Virus record (IMG/VR): IMGVR_UViG_3300010885_004110
Coordinates: 1-64,000 of that record
Strand: one strand, 5' to 3'
DNA length: 64,000 bases
Source: a virus
Shown here piece after piece: positions 17,130-28,300 of this stretch. The translations under genes and the position numbers were made by a program. Numbering within the stretch: the first letter of the stretch is position 1; each line of letters opens with the position of its first letter. The notes below the pieces were generated by a model. It did not search any database and was not told the DNA's origin. It saw nothing but the letters and a program-made list of their open reading frames with translations.

Positions 17130-18884
17130 TTATAATACCAATGCTTCAATCATTTTAATACCATCGTCATCACTAGATTCTAATGCTACTGCAAAGACTC
17201 CAGTTGCGTGTGGTACTGCAAATGATGCACATCCATCATTGGCTGCAATTAATTCGTCACCCTTTTTAATACGTCCGATGACTTTTACTGGAACACGACC
17301 CTTAAGTGCAATATATGTGCCGCCTTCAAGATCTTTATTCATCATAAATGCTGGATTAGTACTTACTACACCAATAGCACGTTTGCCCCAAGAGCTGGCA
17401 GTGACTTCTTTTTCACCACCAATACATACTACAGTGCCGGGTTCGTACTGGGCATCAGATAAATATTTCTCAGCTAAATCAGCATATTGTGCGGCTGTTG
17501 CAGTGCCTTGAAATAAATTAGCAGTTAAGTTCCCAGATCCGTCTCTAGCTGCAATAGTATTTGATGTTGCTGTTGTTTTTGCAGATTTGTACACTGGATC
17601 TGTGTCAACTGCTGTATTATCTATTTTAAGCCTATCGGCCTTATCAACAACTCCGATAAATCTATTAGCTGTAATATTGGCTAAACTATCTCGTAATGCA
17701 ATAGAACTGTTTACTGCACCTAACTCGCCTACTAGACTGTTAAGTGTAAGGGCATTGGACGATGTACCAGTAACTGATCCAATTACATTACCGGTTAATG
17801 TTCCGGCAAATGCGCCTGCAAACGTCTTACTGGTTGCATTAAAAGCTATCGATAAATCTTCTGCAAGTACATTACCTTTTGTAGATCCAACTAAATTGCC
17901 TGTAACATTTCCGGTTAAACTTCCTAGAAATGTAGTTGCATATATATTTGCATATTTGCTAGTTGAACTTCCAATATTAAAAAAGTTATTAGTACCTGGA
18001 ATTATTGCAGTTGGGGTAAAAATTGCAACATTACGTAGATCGCTATCAGTGACTCGAACTCGAATAGTTATAGTATTGCCTAAGCGATTTTCAATTACTG
18101 GTTCGTCGCCATTTTCAATTCTAAAACGTATGTCGTTTTGATCACCTATTGTAAATCCTGCATCGCTAAATGAAATTTCTTGCGTGAAGGCAATTTCACC
18201 AGTTCTAACATAGTCACTTGCTAGATATCCACCTAATCTAGCAGCGTTACTGGCTGTTCCCCAGAAGTAATGATCAGTAGTTGTAACTCCGGTTGTTCCG
18301 TTTGTGTTGACTAGCGTTATGCCTTTCTTAATAACATCAAATCCTGTAATAGGATTAATGACGCTGTTTAGTGTAAATGCATCTTTACTAACAATAGAAA
18401 CAGTATCTCCACCAGAATTAAACTTAACAATTGTATGGTTATTTCCTAACGTGTCTTTGACAACTTGTGAGACAACTGCACTTGCACCTAAATCTGGGGC
18501 TGCTTCTGGCCCAATTAAAATAAATTCTGTGCCGTTCCATGCTTTTAATTGGTCTGAGCTAGTATCGAACCAAAAATCTCCAGATTGTAGTCCGTTGGGT
18601 GCAGTTGGTCCTATTTCAGCTCCGCTTGCAGTCCTAAAATTAGTACCGTCATAAAATCTTAATTTTTTATTACCACTATCAAACCAAATTTGTCCAGTAA
18701 TAGCCCTAGGAGGCTGACTTGTATTTGCAAAATTTTCTAATAAATGCAAAAAGTTTTCGTTTTGTACTTCGCCGTATCCGGCATAGTTCTTGCCTACAAA
18801 GCGTAAATCGGTGGTAGTATCAATGGTGCCGTCGTCTACTGAGACTAAGAAAGTTCCATTAAATTTGTCTACTTGATATGCCAT
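17130..18884 (-). CDS. tail fibre protein with C-terminal chaperone-like domain
   Basis: Shared N-terminus (GKNYAGYGEVQNENFLHLLENFAN), GNVTG repeats, C-terminal YADLAEKY...GRVPVKV. Confidence 0.75.
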   Translation of the reverse strand: MAYQVDKFNGTFLVSVDDGTIDTTTDLRFVGKNYAGYGEVQNENFLHLLENFANTSQPPRAITGQIWFDSGNKKLRFYDGTNFRTASGAEIGPTAPNGLQSGDFWFDTSSDQLKAWNGTEFILIGPEAAPDLGASAVVSQVVKDTLGNNHTIVKFNSGGDTVSIVSKDAFTLNSVINPITGFDVIKKGITLVNTNGTTGVTTTDHYFWGTASNAARLGGYLASDYVRTGEIAFTQEISFSDAGFTIGDQNDIRFRIENGDEPVIENRLGNTITIRVRVTDSDLRNVAIFTPTAIIPGTNNFFNIGSSTSKYANIYATTFLGSLTGNVTGNLVGSTKGNVLAEDLSIAFNATSKTFAGAFAGTLTGNVIGSVTGTSSNALTLNSLVGELGAVNSSIALRDSLANITANRFIGVVDKADRLKIDNTAVDTDPVYKSAKTTATSNTIAARDGSGNLTANLFQGTATAAQYADLAEKYLSDAQYEPGTVVCIGGEKEVTASSWGKRAIGVVSTNPAFMMNKDLEGGTYIALKGRVPVKVIGRIKKGDELIAANDGCASFAVPHATGVFAVALESSDDDGIKMIEALVL

Positions 18885-18928
18885 TGATCAACTCCGTTAT
18901 AACTGTTATTTATCGTAAATATGATGAT

Positions 18929-20731
18929 TTAATTTCTACCCACAGCAACTTCGATTACGCCAAAAACTCCGTCGAAATTCTCTAATGCTTTGCCAATTAT
19001 TGTGCCTATGGCTAACAAATTACCAGCTGCTTGAGCAACTCCGTTCCCAGCACTTATTAGCATATCACCCTTGGATATCTTTCCTTGAACTTTACACGGA
19101 ACTCTACCTTGCAAGGCAATTCCTATGACAATCTCTCCTACACACTCGCTATTCATTAAATATGCAGGATTTGTAGTGACTACTCCTGCTAATTTATTAG
19201 TGGCATTAGCTGCTATTGTTACTTCAAATTCTCCACCAAACTCTAATACGGTTCCTGGCTCATACTCTGCATCTGCAACATAGTTTTCGGCTAAGTCTGC
19301 TGCGGTTCCGTAGTATAAATTGGCATGCACTGCATTCCATTTGCGAGTAGAAATACCTAAATTAGTATTATTTGCAGAATCTGGAATAAATGCAGGAGCA
19401 GCTACGCCTCCGGAAACTAAAGAAACTGTAGAATTAATGAATGCAAAATTTGTTTTTCCGCCTGGCTGGGTTGAATCAAGAATATTGATTTTTATTGATC
19501 CAGTATTACCTATAATTGTTGGAGTAACTCCGTCGACAATTATAGACATATTTGCTGTAGTTAGGCTCGGGCCGCCTATGGTAATGTGTCCTGTTGAACT
19601 AACATCTACACTGTTTAATGTTCCTAAAGATGTTAGACTCGAAGTGATTAAGTTATTTGCTAATGTTGATCCAGAAATGTCAATTCCATCTACTGGGATT
19701 GTAATATTTTGAGATCCATCGAACGAAACACCGTTAATTTCTCTAGAAGTTGCTAATCTGTTAGCAGTATTTGCATTGCCGGAAAGTGTTGCTCCAATAA
19801 TTTGATTTGCTTGAATAATATTAAATGAACTGGTACCTGTTGTAGCCGATACATTACCTGTAACATTTCCTATTAAGTCTGCCGTGATTGTTCCGGCAGC
19901 GAAATCACCAGCACTATCTCTTACAACAATTTTTCCCACAGTATTAGATGTTGAGGCATCAACTGACCATGTTGTTGTTGCGGAACCATCAAAGTTACCA
20001 CCAGTAAGATATGTTCCACGAGTTAGTACATTAGTAGTGCTAGCTTTAATCTCAATATTGTTTTGCCCGTCAAAAAATACACCGTTAACAGTTTTACCTG
20101 GAGTTAGTCTACTGGCTGTGTCGGCGTTTCCGGTTAAATTTCCAATTAGACGTTTTGACGGATTAGTATTAATTCCTGTAGTTATTTCGGAAAATCCAGC
20201 TATTGGATTCAGGGAATTTAAAACAAAATCATTATTAGAACATACGGCAATAGTAGCACCATCAACTAATAATTCTAAAATAGCACGATTAACTCCGGAT
20301 GCATCTAAAACACGTCTGGCTTTTAATTGTGTAGTAGCAAACCCCGCTACTGCTTCTGGGCCAATGACATTCCAAATATTATTTTGGTAAACTGATAATT
20401 GATCAGTGCCGGTGTTATACCAGAGACTACCGTTAAATCCGGTAGGTTCTGTAGGTGAAATTATTGCCGATCCTACAGGAGCCCATCCTAAATCATTATA
20501 AACGCTGAGCGAATTAGTTTTTGTGTTATACCATGTTTGACCTGACAACGGTCTAGCCGGTGGAGATTCATTTGCAAAATTTTCTAACAAATGTAGAAAG
20601 TTTTCATTTTGTACCTCGCCGTAACCGGTATAGTTACGTCCTACCAGACTTATGCTAGTAGAAGTATCCAAAGTACCGTCTTCTAGTACTACTAGATATT
20701 GACCGCTAAATCTGTTAATTATATACGCCAT
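18929..20731 (-). CDS. tail fibre protein with C-terminal chaperone-like domain
   Basis: Same N-terminal module; INGVSFDGSQNI fibre repeats; ADLAENY...GRVPCKV. Confidence 0.75.
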   Translation of the reverse strand: MAYIINRFSGQYLVVLEDGTLDTSTSISLVGRNYTGYGEVQNENFLHLLENFANESPPARPLSGQTWYNTKTNSLSVYNDLGWAPVGSAIISPTEPTGFNGSLWYNTGTDQLSVYQNNIWNVIGPEAVAGFATTQLKARRVLDASGVNRAILELLVDGATIAVCSNNDFVLNSLNPIAGFSEITTGINTNPSKRLIGNLTGNADTASRLTPGKTVNGVFFDGQNNIEIKASTTNVLTRGTYLTGGNFDGSATTTWSVDASTSNTVGKIVVRDSAGDFAAGTITADLIGNVTGNVSATTGTSSFNIIQANQIIGATLSGNANTANRLATSREINGVSFDGSQNITIPVDGIDISGSTLANNLITSSLTSLGTLNSVDVSSTGHITIGGPSLTTANMSIIVDGVTPTIIGNTGSIKINILDSTQPGGKTNFAFINSTVSLVSGGVAAPAFIPDSANNTNLGISTRKWNAVHANLYYGTAADLAENYVADAEYEPGTVLEFGGEFEVTIAANATNKLAGVVTTNPAYLMNSECVGEIVIGIALQGRVPCKVQGKISKGDMLISAGNGVAQAAGNLLAIGTIIGKALENFDGVFGVIEVAVGRN

Positions 20732-20756
20732 TTTTCGCTCCCTACATATTTACTCA

Positions 20757-22628
20757 TTAACTTACAAATGTCCATGCACCGCTAATAATCTGGAAAGTTT
20801 TAACTGTCCTTGAAATAGACAAGCCGGGTGCTGCTATTGTGGCTGTTGCAAAATTTACATTACTTAAACCAAATGCAGTGCCAGTGGGTGTTACAAATTC
20901 TGTATTACTTGTTGACAGAATTGGATTAATATCTAAATTTGTTGTACCGTTGACTGCAAATGAACATAAAATACGTGCTAGTGTGCCATTTCTATATTCT
21001 GCAACTGGGGCAATTTGTTCTAATAATGCTGAAATACCGGAGTTTGCAATTCCGTCCGAAATATCCATACTAAAGGCTAAATTTCGGCTTTCAGTCTTCT
21101 GATCAACATATTCTCTGTTTGCAGCATCTGTTGCTCCAGGGTCGGGATCTAATAAACTAAGGGGTCGAGAACGAGGAGCCAATACATTTGAAATTATTTT
21201 ATTACCTAGATTTAATGTACCCGATCCGTTGATAGTTAAAATTAAATCAGTATTTGGTGCTGTGACTTCAATTGCGGTATCATTAAAAAACAATTGATCA
21301 ACTGTTATCTGAGTCTGAGCACCGAATGATGTTACTCCAGGAATACTTGTAATACTAGATCCCAATGCTGTAGCAGATAATACAGTGACACCGTTAATTT
21401 TAAATTCTTTTCCGGACGATAAATTTAAATGTTCTGAACTATTCCAGCTTCCACTAAACAATTCCGGCAATGCATCGTTATAGCCTTCGGCTAAAGCACC
21501 GGAGGTTGCTGCTTGAGCTGCTTGTCCAACATCGTGCCATAACAATATATGGCTCGTTGCACCTTGCAATATTACGCCGCCGCCGGCAGCATTTGCATTA
21601 GTAGGTATTGTATCTGTTTGTTTTGCAAGTACAATATTTTTATCTTCAACTGTCATTACGCTGGTGTTGACTGTAACCACATCACCATTAACAGTTAAAT
21701 TTCCTTCAACTGTTAAACTTCCACCCATGCGTACTTCGCTACTTAGCTGACCACTATACATATTAATAATTCGATCTGCAGATTCAATTTTTATAGCTTC
21801 TTCAGCAATAACGTCACGTCTAACGTTAAGAATTAAGTTTTTGTTAGATGCAATGTTAGCAATAAGAACATTACCGTCTTGAACTTGTAACTGCCCTTGA
21901 TTTGCATCACCGATAATCAAACCTAAATTTGATGAAATAATAATTTGACCGTTAACAATATTTGATGTATCATTACGTACATAAGAACTTGCTGGTTGAT
22001 TACCTAATTTGTCCGAATTACTAGCAGTAACATTAAATTTAATGCCGCTTAATGTACTAGCATTAAATCCAGGCTCGACATTTCCACTAAATCCATCAAT
22101 TGCTAATTTTGGTGTAAAACTGTCCTTAGAAAATATACCTAATAAAATTCCATTTGTGTACAAGTATGTTACAACTCGATTTTGATTTAATGTATCTAAT
22201 ACACTAGCTACTCGTAATCCGCTGACTCCTTGGCCAACAGAATAATCAGGCCCTAATAATATTGTATTAGTGCCATCATAGAAATATAATTGTTTATCAA
22301 CATTATTGAACCATAAATCTCCTACTCCTAGACTGGTAGGACGAGTTCCGGAAATTGTAGCACTGCTAACTGGAATAAATCCTGTTCCGTTGTAAACTTT
22401 TAACTTTGATTCAGTAACATCGAACCAAATTTGTCCTCTAATAGGATGCGTTGGTGCTGCTGCGTTTGAAAAATTTTCTAATAATTTAACTAGATTTTCA
22501 TTTAACGATTCACCAAATCCGCTGTAATTTTTTCCTATTAAGGTCAAATCTGAGGATAATGTATCAACTTGTCCGTCTGCAACTGTAGCTAAAATTGTTC
22601 CATCGGTTTTGTTTATTGTATATGCCAT
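20757..22628 (-). CDS. tail fibre/baseplate protein
   Basis: Same N-terminal module (GKNYSGFGESLNENLVKLLENFS); DAANREYVD fibre motif. Confidence 0.7.
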   Translation of the reverse strand: MAYTINKTDGTILATVADGQVDTLSSDLTLIGKNYSGFGESLNENLVKLLENFSNAAAPTHPIRGQIWFDVTESKLKVYNGTGFIPVSSATISGTRPTSLGVGDLWFNNVDKQLYFYDGTNTILLGPDYSVGQGVSGLRVASVLDTLNQNRVVTYLYTNGILLGIFSKDSFTPKLAIDGFSGNVEPGFNASTLSGIKFNVTASNSDKLGNQPASSYVRNDTSNIVNGQIIISSNLGLIIGDANQGQLQVQDGNVLIANIASNKNLILNVRRDVIAEEAIKIESADRIINMYSGQLSSEVRMGGSLTVEGNLTVNGDVVTVNTSVMTVEDKNIVLAKQTDTIPTNANAAGGGVILQGATSHILLWHDVGQAAQAATSGALAEGYNDALPELFSGSWNSSEHLNLSSGKEFKINGVTVLSATALGSSITSIPGVTSFGAQTQITVDQLFFNDTAIEVTAPNTDLILTINGSGTLNLGNKIISNVLAPRSRPLSLLDPDPGATDAANREYVDQKTESRNLAFSMDISDGIANSGISALLEQIAPVAEYRNGTLARILCSFAVNGTTNLDINPILSTSNTEFVTPTGTAFGLSNVNFATATIAAPGLSISRTVKTFQIISGAWTFVS

Positions 22629-22639
22629 TTATGTTTACC

Positions 22640-24715
22640 TTAGAATGCTGGAGGACCAGAACGAATAATATAGTTCAGTGTTAAGAACGGATTCATAACC
22701 GAGAAAGGTTGTCCTAAAGATCCCGCTGTTTTAATACCACCGCTAGTTGGAAGATATTGACTCTGTCCGACCGTAGTTGGACCTTTATCTGATAACGAAC
22801 CAGTATCGATAGGAATTGCACTGTCGACCCTAGTTGCATAATATTGTTGTCCTGTTGACCCTTTCATGTTATGTTCATGTTGTGGTATGTTAGACACTAA
22901 TAAACTATTAGAACTTTGACCTCCACCTTCGCCTAAATTATCCGGCGCAGTACCTGCTACTCTGTCGACATTACCTCCACCAGCGTCAACATACCCGCCT
23001 GTAGAGTTTGGAACTGTTCCAGCGTTATCCATGTTATCCTTACCTAGCGCAAATCTTCCTCTAAGGTCAGGCAATCTAAATGTGTTTACACCAATTAACG
23101 GGATCGAACCGTTATAAGTTGTACCTATAATATCATATAAATCACTGTATTTGGTTCTTTCAAGTTCACTACCATCACATAATAAATAGCCGTATGGTGC
23201 TGAAATACCAGCATACGGTAAAATTCCGCCTAATGGTACTGCTAGATCTGAAACAAATACATCTCTAGATTCTTTTAAAAGTCCTTCAGTCCCTCTATAC
23301 ACTAAAACATAATCAGATGGCTTAGATACATTAGGCAGTGGTTCACTTTTACTGCTGATAAGACCAGATGTTAACGATGTAGTAAACGTTTTTGTAAGAC
23401 CATTGACTTGACCATCAAATTGAAGACTAGGTGATGTAACATCACCTTCCATTTTAAATGTAGTAACAAATTTTAAATTTGTTGCAGTTGAAGCATTTCC
23501 TACAATGTTACCTGTTAACACACCTTCGATTGTTTCAGCTACTAATGTTTTTGTTCTAACAACATTCCATCGTTTAAGAACGGTTCCTAGATCATGCAAA
23601 TCTGTGGTATTAGGTTGAATATTATTAAATTCACTAACTCCGGTCACTTTAAGTCCGTCACCAATTATTAAGTTTTTTGATATTGCAGCGCCGCCGGCAG
23701 TTCTAAAAGTACCATTATTAAAATTACTACTCATTGTAGTATCAGTTAACACTAGTGATCCGTTAGTTTTAATATTACCGTCGATGTGTAATGCTTCGTC
23801 GGGGCTTGCTACATTAATACCAACATTATTGTTAATGACTCGTAATACCGTTGAAGGTATTCCATCTCGATTGATTTGTAAATCAACACTTGATCCAGGA
23901 CTAGAATTATAAATTTTGGCTGCTGTTTCACTGTTACTAATACTAAATGTACCGTCTACTCCAATAGTAACGCCTTGATTATTTCTAATGCCAATGCCAT
24001 ATTCTAATGTTTGATTTGCTACATCGGATCTTAAAAATTTACTAGCAGCAATTTCAACTCCGGCTACTGTTAGCGACTCAGCTGAAGTGGCTGTGCCCCA
24101 AATTTTAGTTTCGGCTGTACCTATACTAACGTTATTTGATGTAATGTTTAATCCAGATTTAATAGTTACAAATCCTGTTATAGAAATTTTTGGAGTAAAT
24201 GCATCTTTACTAAAAATAATTACAGGGATATCTTCAACATAAAATATTAAAATAACTCTTGATATATTGTCAGAGTCAATTACCGAATCAACAATAGGGC
24301 CGCTACGCAATCCAGTGCTAAACTGAGGGCCGACTAAAATCCAACGAGCTCCGGAATAAACATATAATTGTTGATTTGTAGTGTCAACCCATAGTTCACC
24401 GACCGCTGAAGATGCAGTTGGAGGTTCGACTCCTCCCTTTTGAATATTACTAGCTGCTTTCCAAGTTGTGCTATCCCATAACTGTAATACACCATCAGCA
24501 GTGTTAAACCATAATTGGCCTTCTACTGGATTCACCGGAGCAGTTTCTTTGGCAAAATTCTCTAGTAACGCTAAGAAATTTTCAGCAATAGTCTGGCCGT
24601 ATCCTGTCACATTCCTTCCCGGAAATGTTAAACTAGTATCTGTACTAGAAGTATTATCATAAACTGTAATTGGTAGTTTATTTTCTTTATCTGTAAAATT
24701 AACAATATATGGCAT
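22640..24715 (-). CDS. short tail fibre-like protein with tail collar domain
   Basis: Same N-terminal module; PLGGILPYAG...GYLLCDG...FRLPDLRGRF collar; HEH; MNPFLTLNYII tip. Confidence 0.8.
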   Translation of the reverse strand: MPYIVNFTDKENKLPITVYDNTSSTDTSLTFPGRNVTGYGQTIAENFLALLENFAKETAPVNPVEGQLWFNTADGVLQLWDSTTWKAASNIQKGGVEPPTASSAVGELWVDTTNQQLYVYSGARWILVGPQFSTGLRSGPIVDSVIDSDNISRVILIFYVEDIPVIIFSKDAFTPKISITGFVTIKSGLNITSNNVSIGTAETKIWGTATSAESLTVAGVEIAASKFLRSDVANQTLEYGIGIRNNQGVTIGVDGTFSISNSETAAKIYNSSPGSSVDLQINRDGIPSTVLRVINNNVGINVASPDEALHIDGNIKTNGSLVLTDTTMSSNFNNGTFRTAGGAAISKNLIIGDGLKVTGVSEFNNIQPNTTDLHDLGTVLKRWNVVRTKTLVAETIEGVLTGNIVGNASTATNLKFVTTFKMEGDVTSPSLQFDGQVNGLTKTFTTSLTSGLISSKSEPLPNVSKPSDYVLVYRGTEGLLKESRDVFVSDLAVPLGGILPYAGISAPYGYLLCDGSELERTKYSDLYDIIGTTYNGSIPLIGVNTFRLPDLRGRFALGKDNMDNAGTVPNSTGGYVDAGGGNVDRVAGTAPDNLGEGGGQSSNSLLVSNIPQHEHNMKGSTGQQYYATRVDSAIPIDTGSLSDKGPTTVGQSQYLPTSGGIKTAGSLGQPFSVMNPFLTLNYIIRSGPPAF

Positions 24716-24718
24716 CTA

Positions 24719-25381
24719 TTATACCTCAGTGAAGCTGGTTAAGCTCTGAATACGGATTGTATAATCAATCTGTAGCAATCTATTCAAAGATTTTTGTACA
24801 GGGTGGAAAACTACATGTGTTAACAACTTGCCATCACCTAATGGATTATAAGATCGCAATCCCAACTCATCAAAAACAAAATCTCCGTTTAAATCCTGGC
24901 TGTTATCGTAGGCTTCTTGGCCGTCGGGTTCTCCGTAGTCTAGAATACAACTAATAATGATATCGCTATATGTTGCTCCGCTGACGTGTCTAATTTCCAT
25001 TTTATTTCTAATAGGATCTGCATTTTCAGATGCACTTTGATCTACTATCTTTATATAAGTTTGATTATAAAGACTAGTATTTGTTCCAACGGTATTTGGA
25101 GTTAGATATGTAATAAGTCCGGTTGGATCTACAGTAGTACCACCATTTCCAAATACCATTTCGTAGATTGTTCCTTGCCCTTGATTGGAAATAGCATTTA
25201 CCATAGCAACGCTCATATTTTCGTAATGGATGGCGTTTCGTTTGTCAATAAACACATCACCCGATTCTGGGTCAAATATTTTGATATGACCTTCAAAATG
25301 GAATCCACCTGTTTCGTTGGGTGTTTTTTCAGAAGGTTTATTTGTTTGATTATCTGGCATATTGGTCTCTGTTTTATTCAT
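24719..25381 (-). CDS. baseplate/tail structural protein
   Basis: GHIKIFD, FDELGL, HPVQKSLNR; start probably ATG 25381 (or 25360) behind TAAATA at 25389-25394. Confidence 0.65.
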   Translation of the reverse strand: MNKTETNMPDNQTNKPSEKTPNETGGFHFEGHIKIFDPESGDVFIDKRNAIHYENMSVAMVNAISNQGQGTIYEMVFGNGGTTVDPTGLITYLTPNTVGTNTSLYNQTYIKIVDQSASENADPIRNKMEIRHVSGATYSDIIISCILDYGEPDGQEAYDNSQDLNGDFVFDELGLRSYNPLGDGKLLTHVVFHPVQKSLNRLLQIDYTIRIQSLTSFTEV

Positions 25382-25391
25382 GATAGTGTAT

Positions 25392-28300
25392 TTATTCAGG
25401 CAATTCTGTGCTACTGTTTGCAATGAAATTAGCTACAGGGGTGTTGTTTGATAATAAGCTAATACCTTTACTAGGAGTATTTTGGCCGCGATCGTACCAA
25501 ATTTTACCCTGTTTTCTGATTATAGTAATGCGGGTGCCAGCTGGTACTGATTCAGTTAATCTAATATATTTGCTAACACCGTCTACAGAAAATTCGGCTT
25601 CGATCATAATATCCGATGACGGACTAGAAATTCCTAAATCTTCATTATAGATAGACATAGGATTTTTAATCAATCGTTTGCCGCCAACAAATACTTCAAC
25701 AGTATCACATGGTCCGTATCCTGTAGGAATCGTATCTCTATACCAAGTTGTTCTAGAACTTTGTGTTGGGATAAAATCTAACGGACCTACTAATATTGTG
25801 CTACCATCGCTGGTAAAATCTGCTCTTTCTTGAGTTTCAGTATACGGTAATGTTTCGGTAAACCCAACGTTGATAACAAAACTATCAGCATTGTGTTTTT
25901 CAGCAATAGCTGTGCCTAAACTACCTCTTCTTAATTGTGAAATAGTATTTTCTGTTTTTGCAAAATATTCAATCCTTTCATTATTAATAATAATAACTCC
26001 TGGAATATTTCTAATAGGCAACGGATCAGGTAATAGGGTACCATTTGTTACTTCAATTGTAGTATCGTAATAATTTACATCATTAACTAATTTAACTGAA
26101 TTCTTTTTTGAATATCTCTTATAATGATAGTTGTTTAACATATCTTTAAAGATTTCAAAGGCCCTAGGTGGCGCATAAATGATATTACCAAACTGAACTA
26201 TTTTAATCTTATCAGATGAATTTGTATTGTCAGTTAGATATAATACCGATCTAGGTGATGAAATATGATAATCCCTATCTTGAGTTAATCTAACACCATT
26301 TTTATAAACCCAGACATAATTTACACTTAATGGTGTTCGAGACAATTGATACTGTACTTTCCCGCCTGTATATTCGTCGGAAATAATATCCATAGTCGGA
26401 TATTCGCTGAACCATGTTACATTTATAATGTCGTCTACTGCCAATGGCACTGCTGAATCTATAACTATGTTTCCACTAACTATTGAAAATTCTGTTCTGG
26501 TACTAGTCTCAATTCGAATAATATCTTCAATGCTTAAATTTTCTGTAGAAATTTCAATTAAATTCAAATTACCATTGTATGTATAGTCAATAACAAATCT
26601 CTGCAATATATTGTTAATGTAGACTTTAATTGCGCCCGATGTAATAGTACCGATGGCTTCAGCAGGATCAATTCCTAACTCAATAGCATTATTTGTTCCA
26701 TTATAAACTGTGTAAGTTGTGTCAATTCCGGTTAATTGTACTCCGTTAACTTCCACTAACATTGCAGACAAAACTGAACCTCTAGATAAAGGAACAAATT
26801 TGTCTAAATCAAAACTTCTGGTACTGCCATCATATACAATTGTTTGTTGATTAATTCTAACAAAAGGATAGCCTGTTGAATCAGTTTCTGTACTATTTCC
26901 AAAACAAATAATTTTAACTACTTGTCTATAAGTAGGCATGTCACCAAACTGGACCATAGTCTTGTCTTGAGTATCTATAAATTCACCACTATTAACAAAT
27001 CCTGTATCTATTGCAATGCCGTCAACTGTTACTAGTACCGAAGCAGTTTGAGAATATAGAGCTTTTGTTAAGAACAAACTAGTTGTGCCGTCTGCAACAA
27101 ATTCTTGATAATCAAGTAGACCGATACCGCCTCTGCCTATAGATATGATTTCAATAATAGTACCTTGCGCCGGAGGTACTTCAAACTCTATAGTATTGTC
27201 AACAAAATTAATAATGTAATCTGTTGGATTTTCTTGTTTAATTTTATCTACATAAACGATAACCGATTTAGATTCAACAATTGATAATCCTATATTGAAT
27301 ATTTTTGTAGCACCGTTACTGATCAATACTTTAGATTGTAGAGGTGTTGACCCGGGATCAGTCGATGTAAAAACTTTAATGCTCAAGCTATCTAAAACTT
27401 GCCCTGGAACATTTTCTTCAGGAGCCGGAACTTGATCAGGCGTAACAAATTTATCACCGTCAATCACAATTTCTTCAGGAGTCAAACCAGTTGCTGTTAC
27501 ATACGCACCGCCCATGTTAGATAACGATCCGCCACTAATTCTAGTATCTAATAAATTAACATCAGTAATTGTTACTGATCCATCGCTATCTAGTTTTCGG
27601 AAAATTAATACATCGCCTGTAGAAACTGTAACATAAGGAAGATCAGTAATTGCATCATGTAGCTGAATAACATTTGTAGAACCATCCCCTACAAATGTTG
27701 GCATTAATGCAGAGTCGGGTGCAGTAACTCTGCCGTTAGGCTGAGGAGTTATTCCATCATACACTAGAAAGAATGGATCGTCAATACGTACTGCCCTAGT
27801 AGCATCTACTCTTTTTAGGTATATAGATATTGGTGAATTATTTTCTGGAATGTAAGGTAATACTACATAGGTAGTACTACCGTCTGCAACATAATGATAA
27901 TCGGAATTACTTTCAACACTATCCCAGCTGTCAGTAAACCAAGGTAGGGCATCCCACCCGCCGGTAATATCAAAAGTTGTGCCTTGTACCTGAACACCGC
28001 CAAAATCAATCCCGGTCATTAATTGCCCGATTTCGTTCCCTTTCATTCCAGCAGTAGGAGCATAATACTTGTTAATTCTGTTAACAGCATCAAGATATTC
28101 ATCATTTTTATCATAATCAATAATGATTATATCTCCAGCTTTTGGCGCTATATTGAATCCTAGTTTTCCTTTTAATACTGAATAACCATCAATTGAATCT
28201 TTGTAAAGAGAAATAGTGTATTCATTTTTTAAAATAATTGTGCCGTTTTTTATTACCTGAATTTTTGTTTTATCGTGCGTTGGTGCATATTTTAAATTAA

